Below, one piece after another: positions 26,878-35,631 of a stretch of 64,000 bases of DNA. Each line of letters starts with the position of its first letter. Within the stretch, counting starts at the first letter, position 1. Position numbers and translations under genes: made by a program. The stretch lies in IMG/VR virus record IMGVR_UViG_3300046171_000138, one strand, 5' to 3'. Under the pieces are notes generated by a model, which saw nothing but the letters and a program-made list of their open reading frames with translations, had not been told where the DNA came from and made no database searches. This DNA comes from a virus.

Positions 26878-28284
26878 ATGTTTAACGCAGAACATCTTCA
26901 GGAAAAGTGGGCACCTGTTCTTGGTCACGAAGGCTCCTCGCCTATCGATAACCGTTACAAGAAAGCTGTCACCTCCGTCCTCCTGGAGAACCAAGAAAGA
27001 TTCATGCGCGAAGAGCGCGGTATGCTAAACGAAGTTGCAGTTAACAGCCTAGGTGCTGGTACTGTTTCTCCTGCTGGCAGCGCACTCGGCAACGCTAACA
27101 CCGCTGGTCTTGCAGGTTTCGACCCTGTACTCATCAGCCTCGTCCGTCGTGCAATGCCTAACCTAATGGCATATGACGTTTGTGGCGTCCAACCAATGAG
27201 CGGTCCTACTGGACTAATCTTCGCAATGCGCTCCCGCTACGAGAACCAAGGCGGCGAAGAGGCATTGTTCAACGAGCCTGACAGTGCATTCTCCACAGCA
27301 CACGACGCTACAGTAGGTGCTTATACACCTAGAACTGGCGCTGGTGTCGGTGGCGATTCCGAAGGCAACAACCCTGCACTCCTTAACGACTCCTCACCTG
27401 GAACCTACGAAGTAGGTCGTGGCATGAGCCGTGAGAACTTGGAGAAGATGGGCGAAGCTTCCCGTCTGTTCCGTGAGATGTCCTTCAGCATTGAGAAGAC
27501 TTCTGTGACTGCAAAGTCCAGAGCTCTCAAAGCAGAGTACACCTTGGAACTGGCACAAGACCTCAAGGCGATCCACGGTCTAGATGCAGAGCAAGAACTT
27601 GCTAACATCTTGTCTAGTGAAGTCCTTGCAGAGATCAACCGCGAAGTCGTTCGTACTGTATATCAGGTTGCTAAAGTTGGTGCTCAAAACAACGTAGCAA
27701 ACGCTGGTATCTTCGACCTCGACGTTGACTCCAACGGCAGATGGTCTGTTGAGAAATTCAAGGGTCTTCTCTTCCAAATCGAGCGTGATGCTAACGCAAT
27801 CGCACAAGAGACTCGTAGAGGAAAGGGCAACTTCTTGATCTGTTCTGCTGATGTTGCTTCGGCACTCGCAATGGCAGGCGTTCTTGACTACAGCAGCGGT
27901 CTAACTGGTGCTGGTGGTCCTTCCATCGGTGATGTTGATGACACTGGCAACCTTTCGGTTGGTACAATCAACGGTCGCATCAAGGTCTACGTCGATCCTT
28001 ATGCTGCTAACCTTTCCGACAAGCACTACTACGTCATCGGATACAAAGGTACATCACCTTATGACGCAGGACTATTCTACTGTCCTTACGTTCCCCTCCA
28101 GATGGTTCGCTCGATCGACCCCGAGACCTTCCAACCAAAGATTGGTTTCAAGACTCGCTACGGCATGGTCAGCAACCCCTTCGTCACCACCAACGGTGCA
28201 TACAACGGCACCCCCGATGGCGAAACCCTCTCGGCAAACGCCAACATGTACTACAGAAGAGTACAAGTTATCAACCTCATGTGA
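26878..28284 (+). CDS. gp23: Major capsid protein gp23
   Basis: EKWAPVL, LVRRAMPNL, GVQPMSGPTG, SRALKAEYTLELAQDL, YCPYVPL and GFKTRYG. Confidence 0.98.
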   Translation: MFNAEHLQEKWAPVLGHEGSSPIDNRYKKAVTSVLLENQERFMREERGMLNEVAVNSLGAGTVSPAGSALGNANTAGLAGFDPVLISLVRRAMPNLMAYDVCGVQPMSGPTGLIFAMRSRYENQGGEEALFNEPDSAFSTAHDATVGAYTPRTGAGVGGDSEGNNPALLNDSSPGTYEVGRGMSRENLEKMGEASRLFREMSFSIEKTSVTAKSRALKAEYTLELAQDLKAIHGLDAEQELANILSSEVLAEINREVVRTVYQVAKVGAQNNVANAGIFDLDVDSNGRWSVEKFKGLLFQIERDANAIAQETRRGKGNFLICSADVASALAMAGVLDYSSGLTGAGGPSIGDVDDTGNLSVGTINGRIKVYVDPYAANLSDKHYYVIGYKGTSPYDAGLFYCPYVPLQMVRSIDPETFQPKIGFKTRYGMVSNPFVTTNGAYNGTPDGETLSANANMYYRRVQVINLM

Positions 28285-28305
28285 TTCATCACCCAGGTTT
28301 CTTAC

Positions 28306-28335
28306 AGACCTCCCAGCAATGGGGGGTCTTTTTTT
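28306..28335 (+). terminator. Intrinsic terminator after gp23
   Basis: AGACCTCCCA-GCAA-TGGGGGGTCT followed by a T-run. Confidence 0.9.
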
Positions 28336-28370
28336 GTCTAAATAATTAAAGACTATACCATGGGGTTATT

Positions 28371-29057
28371 ATGCCATCCCTAGATGAGGCAGCTGCGAAA
28401 AGAGAACAAGCAGCAACACAAAAAGAAAAAATTAAATCAGAAAAAACAGAACCTGTTATCCAGCAGGCACCAAGCAAGTCACCAGTCAAAACGATTGCGT
28501 TAACACTAGGTGGTCTCTTTGCCTTGGCACATATCGGTTTGTTGGGTTATGTGTTTAATAGACCAGAGCAACAACAGGTTCCCCAAGTACCTACAATCAA
28601 TATCCCCCGTGGAGATTATTCTTCATATCGAATCAAAGCAGGGAAAGATGGATACGAGATTGAGTATCGTGCAAACGATCCTGCTATTCTTGAGTCGCAA
28701 AAATCTTTATCATTGGATAAAGAAAAGAAAGGATTCTTTGGTGGTGGTGGCACCGAGAGACGCCGTGAGTGGCGTCAAGACCAATTCACTATGGAAGGCA
28801 CACGCAACCTGGGAGGTGTTGGAGGAGACGGCGAGGGAAAGTTGACTGCAAAAGAAGAAGAGTGTTTAGTGGCGGACGCTGGCGCACGGTCACAAGGTGC
28901 AATGGCAGGTAGTGCTATCGCTGCTGGTGTTGCTGTTCCTGCTGCTATGAGCATACCCTATGTGGGTTGGTTGGCAGGTGGATGGGCTCTACTCCTCGGT
29001 CAAAAAGCAGGGTCCAGTCTAGGTTCTACCGTAGGTACAGTCTTCAATGACTGCTAA
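28371..29057 (+). CDS. Membrane protein with C-terminal Gly/Ala-rich hydrophobic hairpin
   Basis: TM near aa 45-62 and glycine-zipper-like C-terminus. Own late promoter CTAAATA at 28338. Confidence 0.65.
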   Translation: MPSLDEAAAKREQAATQKEKIKSEKTEPVIQQAPSKSPVKTIALTLGGLFALAHIGLLGYVFNRPEQQQVPQVPTINIPRGDYSSYRIKAGKDGYEIEYRANDPAILESQKSLSLDKEKKGFFGGGGTERRREWRQDQFTMEGTRNLGGVGGDGEGKLTAKEEECLVADAGARSQGAMAGSAIAAGVAVPAAMSIPYVGWLAGGWALLLGQKAGSSLGSTVGTVFNDC

Positions 29058-29080
29058 ATAGTAGTGCTTGGGAAGTTGAC

Positions 29081-29593
29081 ATGTCTGCTGATTGGTACAA
29101 AAAATTACCTCAAAATAGAAACTTTCTAACACCCACAGGGTTTAAGTTTACCTTGGAAAGATTCGGTGGTGTAGATTTCTTTTGCCAATCAGCAAGCATT
29201 CCAGAAGTTAATATGCCAACCATTGAAGTGGCAACACCGTTTAGAGGTATACCCATTATTCCTGGTGGTGGTGTAGAATACGGTGATCTAACGGTTCGTT
29301 TTATTGTTGACGAAGATCTATCCAACTACATGACAGTATGGAACTGGATCAGAGACAATGGTAATGGGGAATCATTTGATGGAGAAGGAGAAGGATATTC
29401 CGATGGTATCTTACAGATATTAACGTCCAACTTCAATCCAAAATTTAGTGTAAGGTTTGAAAGATTAATGCCAGTGCAACTCACTAGTATTCCATTTGAT
29501 TTTTCAGTGGGAGAAGTCGAGTTCTTTACAGCTAACGTTACTTTCAAGTACACACGTTATACAATATGTGATTTAGGATTGCAACCTCTATGA
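29081..29593 (+). CDS. gp3: Tail tube terminator / completion protein gp3
   Basis: NFLTPTGFKF, FFCQSASIP, YGDLTVRFIVDEDL and FKY. CTAAATA at 29054. Confidence 0.85.
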   Translation: MSADWYKKLPQNRNFLTPTGFKFTLERFGGVDFFCQSASIPEVNMPTIEVATPFRGIPIIPGGGVEYGDLTVRFIVDEDLSNYMTVWNWIRDNGNGESFDGEGEGYSDGILQILTSNFNPKFSVRFERLMPVQLTSIPFDFSVGEVEFFTANVTFKYTRYTICDLGLQPL

Positions 29594-30063
29594 ATTTTAG
29601 TTCATTACATCAACGCTTCCAAAAAATTAAGGAAGAGTGGAACAAAGATACACAAATCGATTTTCAATTTAAGAACAAACAATACTCCGAAGATCTAGCA
29701 CGGCTTGCGTTGGAGATTCCTTTCCAGCACAACAAATATTTAAATCATTACACAGATCTTTCTCAAATTAAAACCTCATTAGAATTTGAGTATCGAAGAC
29801 TGTTAAGAGATAAAAGAGAATACTACGGTGGCGAAGCAGATGCAAAAACATATGCCGAGAAACCTTTTGGCAACAGTATTAAAACTGCAGAGAAGATGAA
29901 AGTCTACTTGGAGTCAGATGACGAACTTATCAACACAGAAGCAAAGGTAAAGTACATCGACCAGATGCTTTACTTTCTCGATCATGTGATGAAACAAGTT
30001 TCTAATCGTGGGTTCCAAATCAAGAGTGCTATTGAATGGGAAAAATTTATTAATGGAAACTAA
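29590..30063 (+). CDS. uvsY: Recombination mediator UvsY
   Basis: KREYYGG, KPF, YLESD and NRGFQIKSAIEW. Confidence 0.9.
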   Translation: MNFSSLHQRFQKIKEEWNKDTQIDFQFKNKQYSEDLARLALEIPFQHNKYLNHYTDLSQIKTSLEFEYRRLLRDKREYYGGEADAKTYAEKPFGNSIKTAEKMKVYLESDDELINTEAKVKYIDQMLYFLDHVMKQVSNRGFQIKSAIEWEKFINGN

Positions 30064-31523
30064 TGTCACATCTAGTTGTCAAGAAAAAGAATGAGGTCTA
30101 TCTACAGATCTCATCAGAGCCTCACGTTCATCGTGAGTTGGCAGACTACTTCTCCTTTGAGTTACCAGAGGCAAAGTTTCTAAAACGCCAACCAAGATTT
30201 AGATATTGGGATGGTATGATCCATCTGTATTCTCCTGGTACAGGTGAACTGTATCATGGTCTCCTACCTCACTTGAAAGAGTGGTGTAGAGAAAGAGAGT
30301 ATGGTATTAAATTCGAGAACAATGATTGGTACGGGGAAGTAGAGGTAAGTAACGATTTCGTTTCTCCACCTGCTGTTGCAGATTGGATGAAACATATCTG
30401 TAAGTACAAACCAAGAGACTACCAGTACATGACTGTGTATAAGGCTCTCAAAAATAACAGAGGTTTGTTCCTGTCTCCAACAGGATCTGGCAAATCCCTT
30501 ATGATTTATTCTATCGTTCGCTACTACGTAGCGTCAGAAAAAAAGATTCTACTGATCGTTCCTACGACATCATTGGTAGAACAAATGATAAAGGATTTCA
30601 AAGACTATGGATGGAATGCAGATGAGTTCTGTCACACCATATATTCAGGCAAAGATAAGAATACTGACAAACCAGTTGTCATCTCAACATGGCAGTCAAT
30701 CTACAAGTTTCCGAAAAGATACTTTGATGACATTGATTGTGTTATCGGAGATGAAGCACACCTATTTAAGGCGAAGTCCCTCACAGGTATCCTCACCAAG
30801 CTCCACAACGCGAAGTATCGCTTCGGGTTCACGGGTACACTTGACGGTAGCAAGACTCATAAGTGGGTCTTGGAAGGATTGTTTGGTGCATGTGAACAGG
30901 TTACGAAGACGGATTCTCTTATTAAGAAAGGGTTCCTTTCTAACTTAAGAATTAAAATCCTAGTCTGTAAACATGACTACAAATACTTCGCTGACTTTCA
31001 TGAGGAAATGGAGTACATTGTAACACATGAAAAGCGAAACAACTTAATTAAAAATATTGTTAACGACATTGAAGGCAACACACTAGTGTTGTTTAACTAT
31101 GTGGAAAAGCATGGCGAACCTTTGTATGAGTTAATAAATAATTACATCAGTGACGACAGAAAAGTATTCTTCGTCCATGGTGGCACTGATACCGAGGATA
31201 GGGAACAAGTAAGAGCAATCACAGAATGCGAATCTAACGCTGTCATTATCGCATCTTACGGTACGTTTTCCACAGGCATCAATATTAAAAAATTACATAA
31301 CATCGTATTTGCTTCTCCCTCCAAATCCCGAGTTAGAAATCTACAATCTATTGGTAGAGTTCTACGTAAAGGAGATGGAAAAGATATTGCTACCTTGTAT
31401 GATATCGCTGATGATATCTCTGGGCGTAACTATAACTATACTTTAAAACATCTTATTGAAAGGATTGCAATATATCAAGAAGAGAACTTTAAGTACGAAA
31501 CTATAAACATAGACTTAAGGTAA
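30063..31523 (+). CDS. uvsW: SF2 helicase UvsW
   Basis: PTGSGKS, GDEAH, GTFSTGINI and QSIGRVLR. Confidence 0.96.
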   Translation: MSHLVVKKKNEVYLQISSEPHVHRELADYFSFELPEAKFLKRQPRFRYWDGMIHLYSPGTGELYHGLLPHLKEWCREREYGIKFENNDWYGEVEVSNDFVSPPAVADWMKHICKYKPRDYQYMTVYKALKNNRGLFLSPTGSGKSLMIYSIVRYYVASEKKILLIVPTTSLVEQMIKDFKDYGWNADEFCHTIYSGKDKNTDKPVVISTWQSIYKFPKRYFDDIDCVIGDEAHLFKAKSLTGILTKLHNAKYRFGFTGTLDGSKTHKWVLEGLFGACEQVTKTDSLIKKGFLSNLRIKILVCKHDYKYFADFHEEMEYIVTHEKRNNLIKNIVNDIEGNTLVLFNYVEKHGEPLYELINNYISDDRKVFFVHGGTDTEDREQVRAITECESNAVIIASYGTFSTGINIKKLHNIVFASPSKSRVRNLQSIGRVLRKGDGKDIATLYDIADDISGRNYNYTLKHLIERIAIYQEENFKYETINIDLR

Positions 31524-31526
31524 AGA

Positions 31527-31913
31527 ATGGAAGAAGAATTTTATGCAACGTTAAAACTAACATCAAATGAGGAACTACTTGCTAAAGTATGTTACTTGAC
31601 TGAAGAAGAATGTTTACTTGTGGAAAAACCCTTGTTGGTTATTCGTGCCACTCAAAAGAAAAGTGGTAGGCTTGTGGAAGGATTCTCATTAAGTGACTGG
31701 GTAATGTCTTCTTATGAAGAACTATACGTTATAAAGATGGAACAAGTAGTAACCATTACTGAAATGGATAAGAAGATAAAAGGATTCTATACCAATCACT
31801 TATCTAGAGAAGATGATGATACACCTACAGATAAGATGTCAAAAGAAATGGGGTATCTAGGATCAGTAACAGATCAAAAAAGTAAATTAGAAGATCTCTT
31901 TAATAAAAGCTAG
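31527..31913 (+). CDS. Conserved hypothetical protein (Sm-like beta fold possible)
   Basis: YATLKLTSNEELLAKV. Usual position between uvsW and gp55. Confidence 0.65.
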   Translation: MEEEFYATLKLTSNEELLAKVCYLTEEECLLVEKPLLVIRATQKKSGRLVEGFSLSDWVMSSYEELYVIKMEQVVTITEMDKKIKGFYTNHLSREDDDTPTDKMSKEMGYLGSVTDQKSKLEDLFNKS

Positions 31914-31940
31914 TATGTCTCTTGAACCCTTAACAGAGTT

Positions 31941-31969
31941 ATTCTATAGGTGTTAGGTGTATTTGTCAA
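31941..31969 (-). promoter_or_regulatory. Near-consensus sigma70 promoter, antisense, no downstream ORF
   Basis: Minus strand reads TTGACA-17 nt-TAGAAT. Confidence 0.65.
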
Positions 31970-31991
31970 GCCCCTGTGGAAAACTATTGAC

Positions 31992-32020
31992 TTGACACCA
32001 TGACAGAATTGTAGTATACT
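31992..32020 (+). promoter_or_regulatory. sigma70-like promoter of gp55
   Basis: TTGACA-17 nt-TATACT, 21 nt before the ATG. Confidence 0.8.
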
Positions 32021-32041
32021 GTATAAAGCAAACAGAACATT

Positions 32042-32536
32042 ATGGTAAGAAAACCAAAAACGGAATACTATGTAAATAACAAAGAGTTTTTGGAAGCCCT
32101 TGTTGCCTATAAGTTCCGTGTGAATAGAGCAAAGGATGCTGGAGAAAGCAGACCTATTGTTCCTAACTATGTTGGTGAGTGTTTCCTTAAGATCGCCACA
32201 CACCTATCATACAAACCTAATTTTGTCAACTACATGTTCCGTGAGGACATGATCTGTGATGGCATTGAGAACTGCCTGCAGTACATTGACAACTTTAATC
32301 CAGAGAAGTCTTCTAACCCGTTTGCTTACTTCACTCAAATTATCTATTATGCTTTCCTTCGTAGGATTCAAAAAGAGAAGCGTCAACTAGAGATCAAGAG
32401 TAAGATCCTAGAGAAGTCTGGTCACCAAGAGATCATGCATACTGACACGTATGATGGAGATATGGCTGGTATGAATGCTTCTTACTCTGACATGGGTAGT
32501 ATTAAAGAAAACATTGAGACGAGAATGAACCGATGA
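32042..32536 (+). CDS. gp55: Late transcription sigma factor gp55
   Basis: YVNNKEFL, FVNYMFREDMICDGIENC and NPFAYFTQIIYYAFLRRI. Confidence 0.96.
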   Translation: MVRKPKTEYYVNNKEFLEALVAYKFRVNRAKDAGESRPIVPNYVGECFLKIATHLSYKPNFVNYMFREDMICDGIENCLQYIDNFNPEKSSNPFAYFTQIIYYAFLRRIQKEKRQLEIKSKILEKSGHQEIMHTDTYDGDMAGMNASYSDMGSIKENIETRMNR

Positions 32537-33576
32537 CAGTAGCACTTATTACAGATCAGCATTTAGATGGTCGTAAAGGTTCTCTGGTATTTTGGAATTA
32601 CTTTCGTAAGTTCTATGATGATGTTTTCTTTCCTACGTTAGAGAAGAAAGGTATCACGGAGATCATTGACCTTGGTGATACGTTTGATAACCGTAAAGGC
32701 ATTGACTTCAATGTCTGGAATAGAATCCGTGCGTCTTACTTTGATCGCTTGAGCGATATGGGTATCACAGTGCATACTATTCTTGGTAATCACTGTGTCT
32801 ACTACAAGAATACAAACGCTATCAACTCTCCTGATCTGTTGCTAGGTGACTATGATAATATTCGTGTCTACGATGAGACTTGTACTGTTACTATTGAGGG
32901 TACGAAAATTTGTTTTGTCCCTTGGATCAATAGGGAGAACGAAGAAGCGACAATGGAGCATCTCAAAAATACAGATGCAGAAATAGTCATGGGACATCTT
33001 GAGCTTGATGGGTTTGAAATGACTCCAGGCATGAAGATGGAGCATGGCATGGATCCCAAGATCTATAAGAATTTTAAGCAGGTCTATTCGGGACATTTCC
33101 ATCACAAGTCAAGCAAGGGTAACATTACATACCTTGGTAATCCTTACCAGATGTTCTGGAATGACTACGCTGACACTAGAGGGTTTCATCTTTACGAACC
33201 AGCATCTAATAAACTGCGTATGGTAAAAAATCCTTATGACATCTTTAAAAAGATCTACTATAACGATGTAGATAAGGACATGGTTCTAGACTACACCCAG
33301 TTCAAGGATACTTTTATTAAAGTCATTGTTGAAGAGAGGCGTGACTATTACAAGTTTGAAAAAATGATTGACCAGTTGTATAACTTTGGCGCTCATGACA
33401 TCAAAATTGTAGAGACTCTAGTTGATGAAGACAATGTAGAGGAACCAGACCTGGAAGTCAAAGACACATTGACACTACTCAATGAGTATATCGATGAGGT
33501 AGAGATGTCCGTAGAGAAGTCTGACCTGAAGAAACTTATGAGATCGCTATATATTGAGAGCTGCGAAATGGTTTGA
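32533..33576 (+). CDS. gp47: Recombination nuclease gp47 (Mre11/SbcD-like)
   Basis: TDQH, LGDTFD, LGNH, GHLE and SGHFH. Confidence 0.95.
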   Translation: MTVALITDQHLDGRKGSLVFWNYFRKFYDDVFFPTLEKKGITEIIDLGDTFDNRKGIDFNVWNRIRASYFDRLSDMGITVHTILGNHCVYYKNTNAINSPDLLLGDYDNIRVYDETCTVTIEGTKICFVPWINRENEEATMEHLKNTDAEIVMGHLELDGFEMTPGMKMEHGMDPKIYKNFKQVYSGHFHHKSSKGNITYLGNPYQMFWNDYADTRGFHLYEPASNKLRMVKNPYDIFKKIYYNDVDKDMVLDYTQFKDTFIKVIVEERRDYYKFEKMIDQLYNFGAHDIKIVETLVDEDNVEEPDLEVKDTLTLLNEYIDEVEMSVEKSDLKKLMRSLYIESCEMV

Positions 33577-33845
33577 TGTCTTTCATCTTAACTCTCAAAG
33601 ACATGCCAGAAGGAGTTTTTTCTGTTGTCGATAAAGACACAGGAGATCATGTCATTCCTATCTTTGATGATAGAGATGATTGTGAACGATATGCTGAACA
33701 ACTATCCAGTTCGGAATCTCAACTGGACTTGCAGATGATTCAGATTGAAAAACAACTAATTGTTTTCGCTTGCGAGCAGCGAGAGCAAAGATATGCTATA
33801 ATCACTATAGACGATTTCATTATACCACCTGACGACTTAACATGA
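33576..33845 (+). CDS. Conserved hypothetical protein
   Basis: Coupled between gp47 and gp46. Confidence 0.65.
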   Translation: MSFILTLKDMPEGVFSVVDKDTGDHVIPIFDDRDDCERYAEQLSSSESQLDLQMIQIEKQLIVFACEQREQRYAIITIDDFIIPPDDLT

Positions 33846-35572
33846 TTACGTTTGAAAAAGTTCGCTGGAAGAATTTTCTTTCTACTGGCAACACATATAC
33901 TGAAGTCGATCTGACCGCTAGTAAGACTAACCTTATTATTGGTACGAACGGAGCTGGTAAGAGTACCATCTTGGATGCTCTTACCTTTTCTTTGTTTGGC
34001 AAACCTTTTCGTAAGGTCAACAAACCGATGCTGGTCAACAGTGTCAACGAAAAAGATTGCCTGGTTGAGATTGAATTTACTATAGGACCAAATAAATTTC
34101 TTGTTAAGCGTGGTATCAAACCAGGTGTGTTTGAGATTTGGCAAAATGGAGCTATGCTAGATCAATCTAGTAATGTCTCTGACTACCAGAAGCAACTGGA
34201 ACAGAACATCCTGAAGATGAACTATAAGTCTTTCACACAAATTGTTGTGTTAGGTTCTTCCACGTTCGTTCCTTTCATGCGACTGCCTCTAGCACAGCGT
34301 AGAGAAATTATTGAAGACATCTTGGACATTCAGATCTTCTCTGTGATGAACACAGCACTGAAGGACAAGATGAAAACTTCTAACGAAGAGATGCGTGACG
34401 CTGACTACAGTGTTGATATGGCGGAGCAAAAGATTTCTATGCAACGTCAGATGATTGAACAATTGTCTACTCGTGACGAAGCAAATATCAAAGAGAAACA
34501 ATCACGTATTGAAGAATTGTTGGTAGAAGAAGAAACCTGTCAGCAATCTATATCCACACTATGTGAAGAATCTAAAAGACTTTGTGAAGATATGAAAAGT
34601 CTTTCAGCAGCAAATAAAAAATTGATCACTTTAAATAACTTGAAAGGAAAACTAACAAACAAGTTTTCTACTTATAAGAAACAACATGAGTTTTTTGCTC
34701 ACAACGATACATGTCCTACGTGTAGTCAATCAATCACACAGGAGTTGAAAGAACAAAAGACTAGTGAGATTACTTCAAAGTATAAAGAACTTGTCTCGGC
34801 AATTGAAGAAATTCATTCTAACATTGAAGACGAACAGGCAAGAGACCAGCAGCACACTGCAAAAAATCAAGAGGTGAATGGTATCCAACAGCAGATTGCT
34901 GGGCATAATGCTACTGTTAATCGTATCCATAAGAATGTCAAGCAACTTTTTCTGGATGTAGAAACATTACAAAATTGCAAGGATGATAAGTCTGAAGAGT
35001 ATGAGAAGTTAAAATACTTGGAGAAAGAACATGATGATCTGAAAAAACAGATTGCTGTTGTCAAGAAAGAACGAAACACTTTACTTGCAGCTGGACAACT
35101 ACTTAAAGATAATGGTATCAAAACCAGAATCATTAAAAGGTATTTGCCAGTGATGAATAAACTCATCAATCAGTATCTTCAGAACATGGACTTCTACATC
35201 AACTTCGCATTGAATGAGAATTTTGAGGAAACGATCAAGTCAAGGTTCAGGGATATCTTTTCCTACGAGTCTTTCTCGGAAGGAGAGAAAGCTCGTATTG
35301 ATATCGCTCTGCTGCTTACTTGGCGTTCTATTGCTAAACTTAAGAATTCTGTTGATACTAACATCTTGATCCTGGATGAGATCTTTGATGGATCTCTTGA
35401 CAACAATGGTACAGGAGAACTTGGGTGGATACTACGCAACTTTGATGACAACACAAACGTCTTTGTCATCAGTCATAAGGAGAGTTTGGAAGGAAAGTTC
35501 GACCGAACACTCACCGCAATCAAAGAAAAGAACTTCAGCATCATGCAGGAGACACTTTCCGAAGCGGCATAG
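33842..35572 (+). CDS. gp46: Recombination ATPase gp46 (Rad50/SbcC-like)
   Basis: GTNGAGKST, CPTC zinc hook, FSEGEKARID and LILDEIFD. Confidence 0.96.
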   Translation: MITFEKVRWKNFLSTGNTYTEVDLTASKTNLIIGTNGAGKSTILDALTFSLFGKPFRKVNKPMLVNSVNEKDCLVEIEFTIGPNKFLVKRGIKPGVFEIWQNGAMLDQSSNVSDYQKQLEQNILKMNYKSFTQIVVLGSSTFVPFMRLPLAQRREIIEDILDIQIFSVMNTALKDKMKTSNEEMRDADYSVDMAEQKISMQRQMIEQLSTRDEANIKEKQSRIEELLVEEETCQQSISTLCEESKRLCEDMKSLSAANKKLITLNNLKGKLTNKFSTYKKQHEFFAHNDTCPTCSQSITQELKEQKTSEITSKYKELVSAIEEIHSNIEDEQARDQQHTAKNQEVNGIQQQIAGHNATVNRIHKNVKQLFLDVETLQNCKDDKSEEYEKLKYLEKEHDDLKKQIAVVKKERNTLLAAGQLLKDNGIKTRIIKRYLPVMNKLINQYLQNMDFYINFALNENFEETIKSRFRDIFSYESFSEGEKARIDIALLLTWRSIAKLKNSVDTNILILDEIFDGSLDNNGTGELGWILRNFDDNTNVFVISHKESLEGKFDRTLTAIKEKNFSIMQETLSEAA

Positions 35573-35573
35573 G

Positions 35574-35598
35574 GAGGGTCTTCGGACCCTCTTTTTTT
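35574..35598 (+). terminator. Intrinsic terminator after gp46
   Basis: GAGGGTC-TTCG-GACCCTC followed by T7. Confidence 0.9.
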
Positions 35599-35631
35599 GT
35601 ATATAATATATGCATCAACGCAAGAGACCCG

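Noticed and set aside
31134-31140. ATAAATA inside uvsW
   Set aside because: It is intragenic in AT-rich sequence and far from any start, so it is probably chance.
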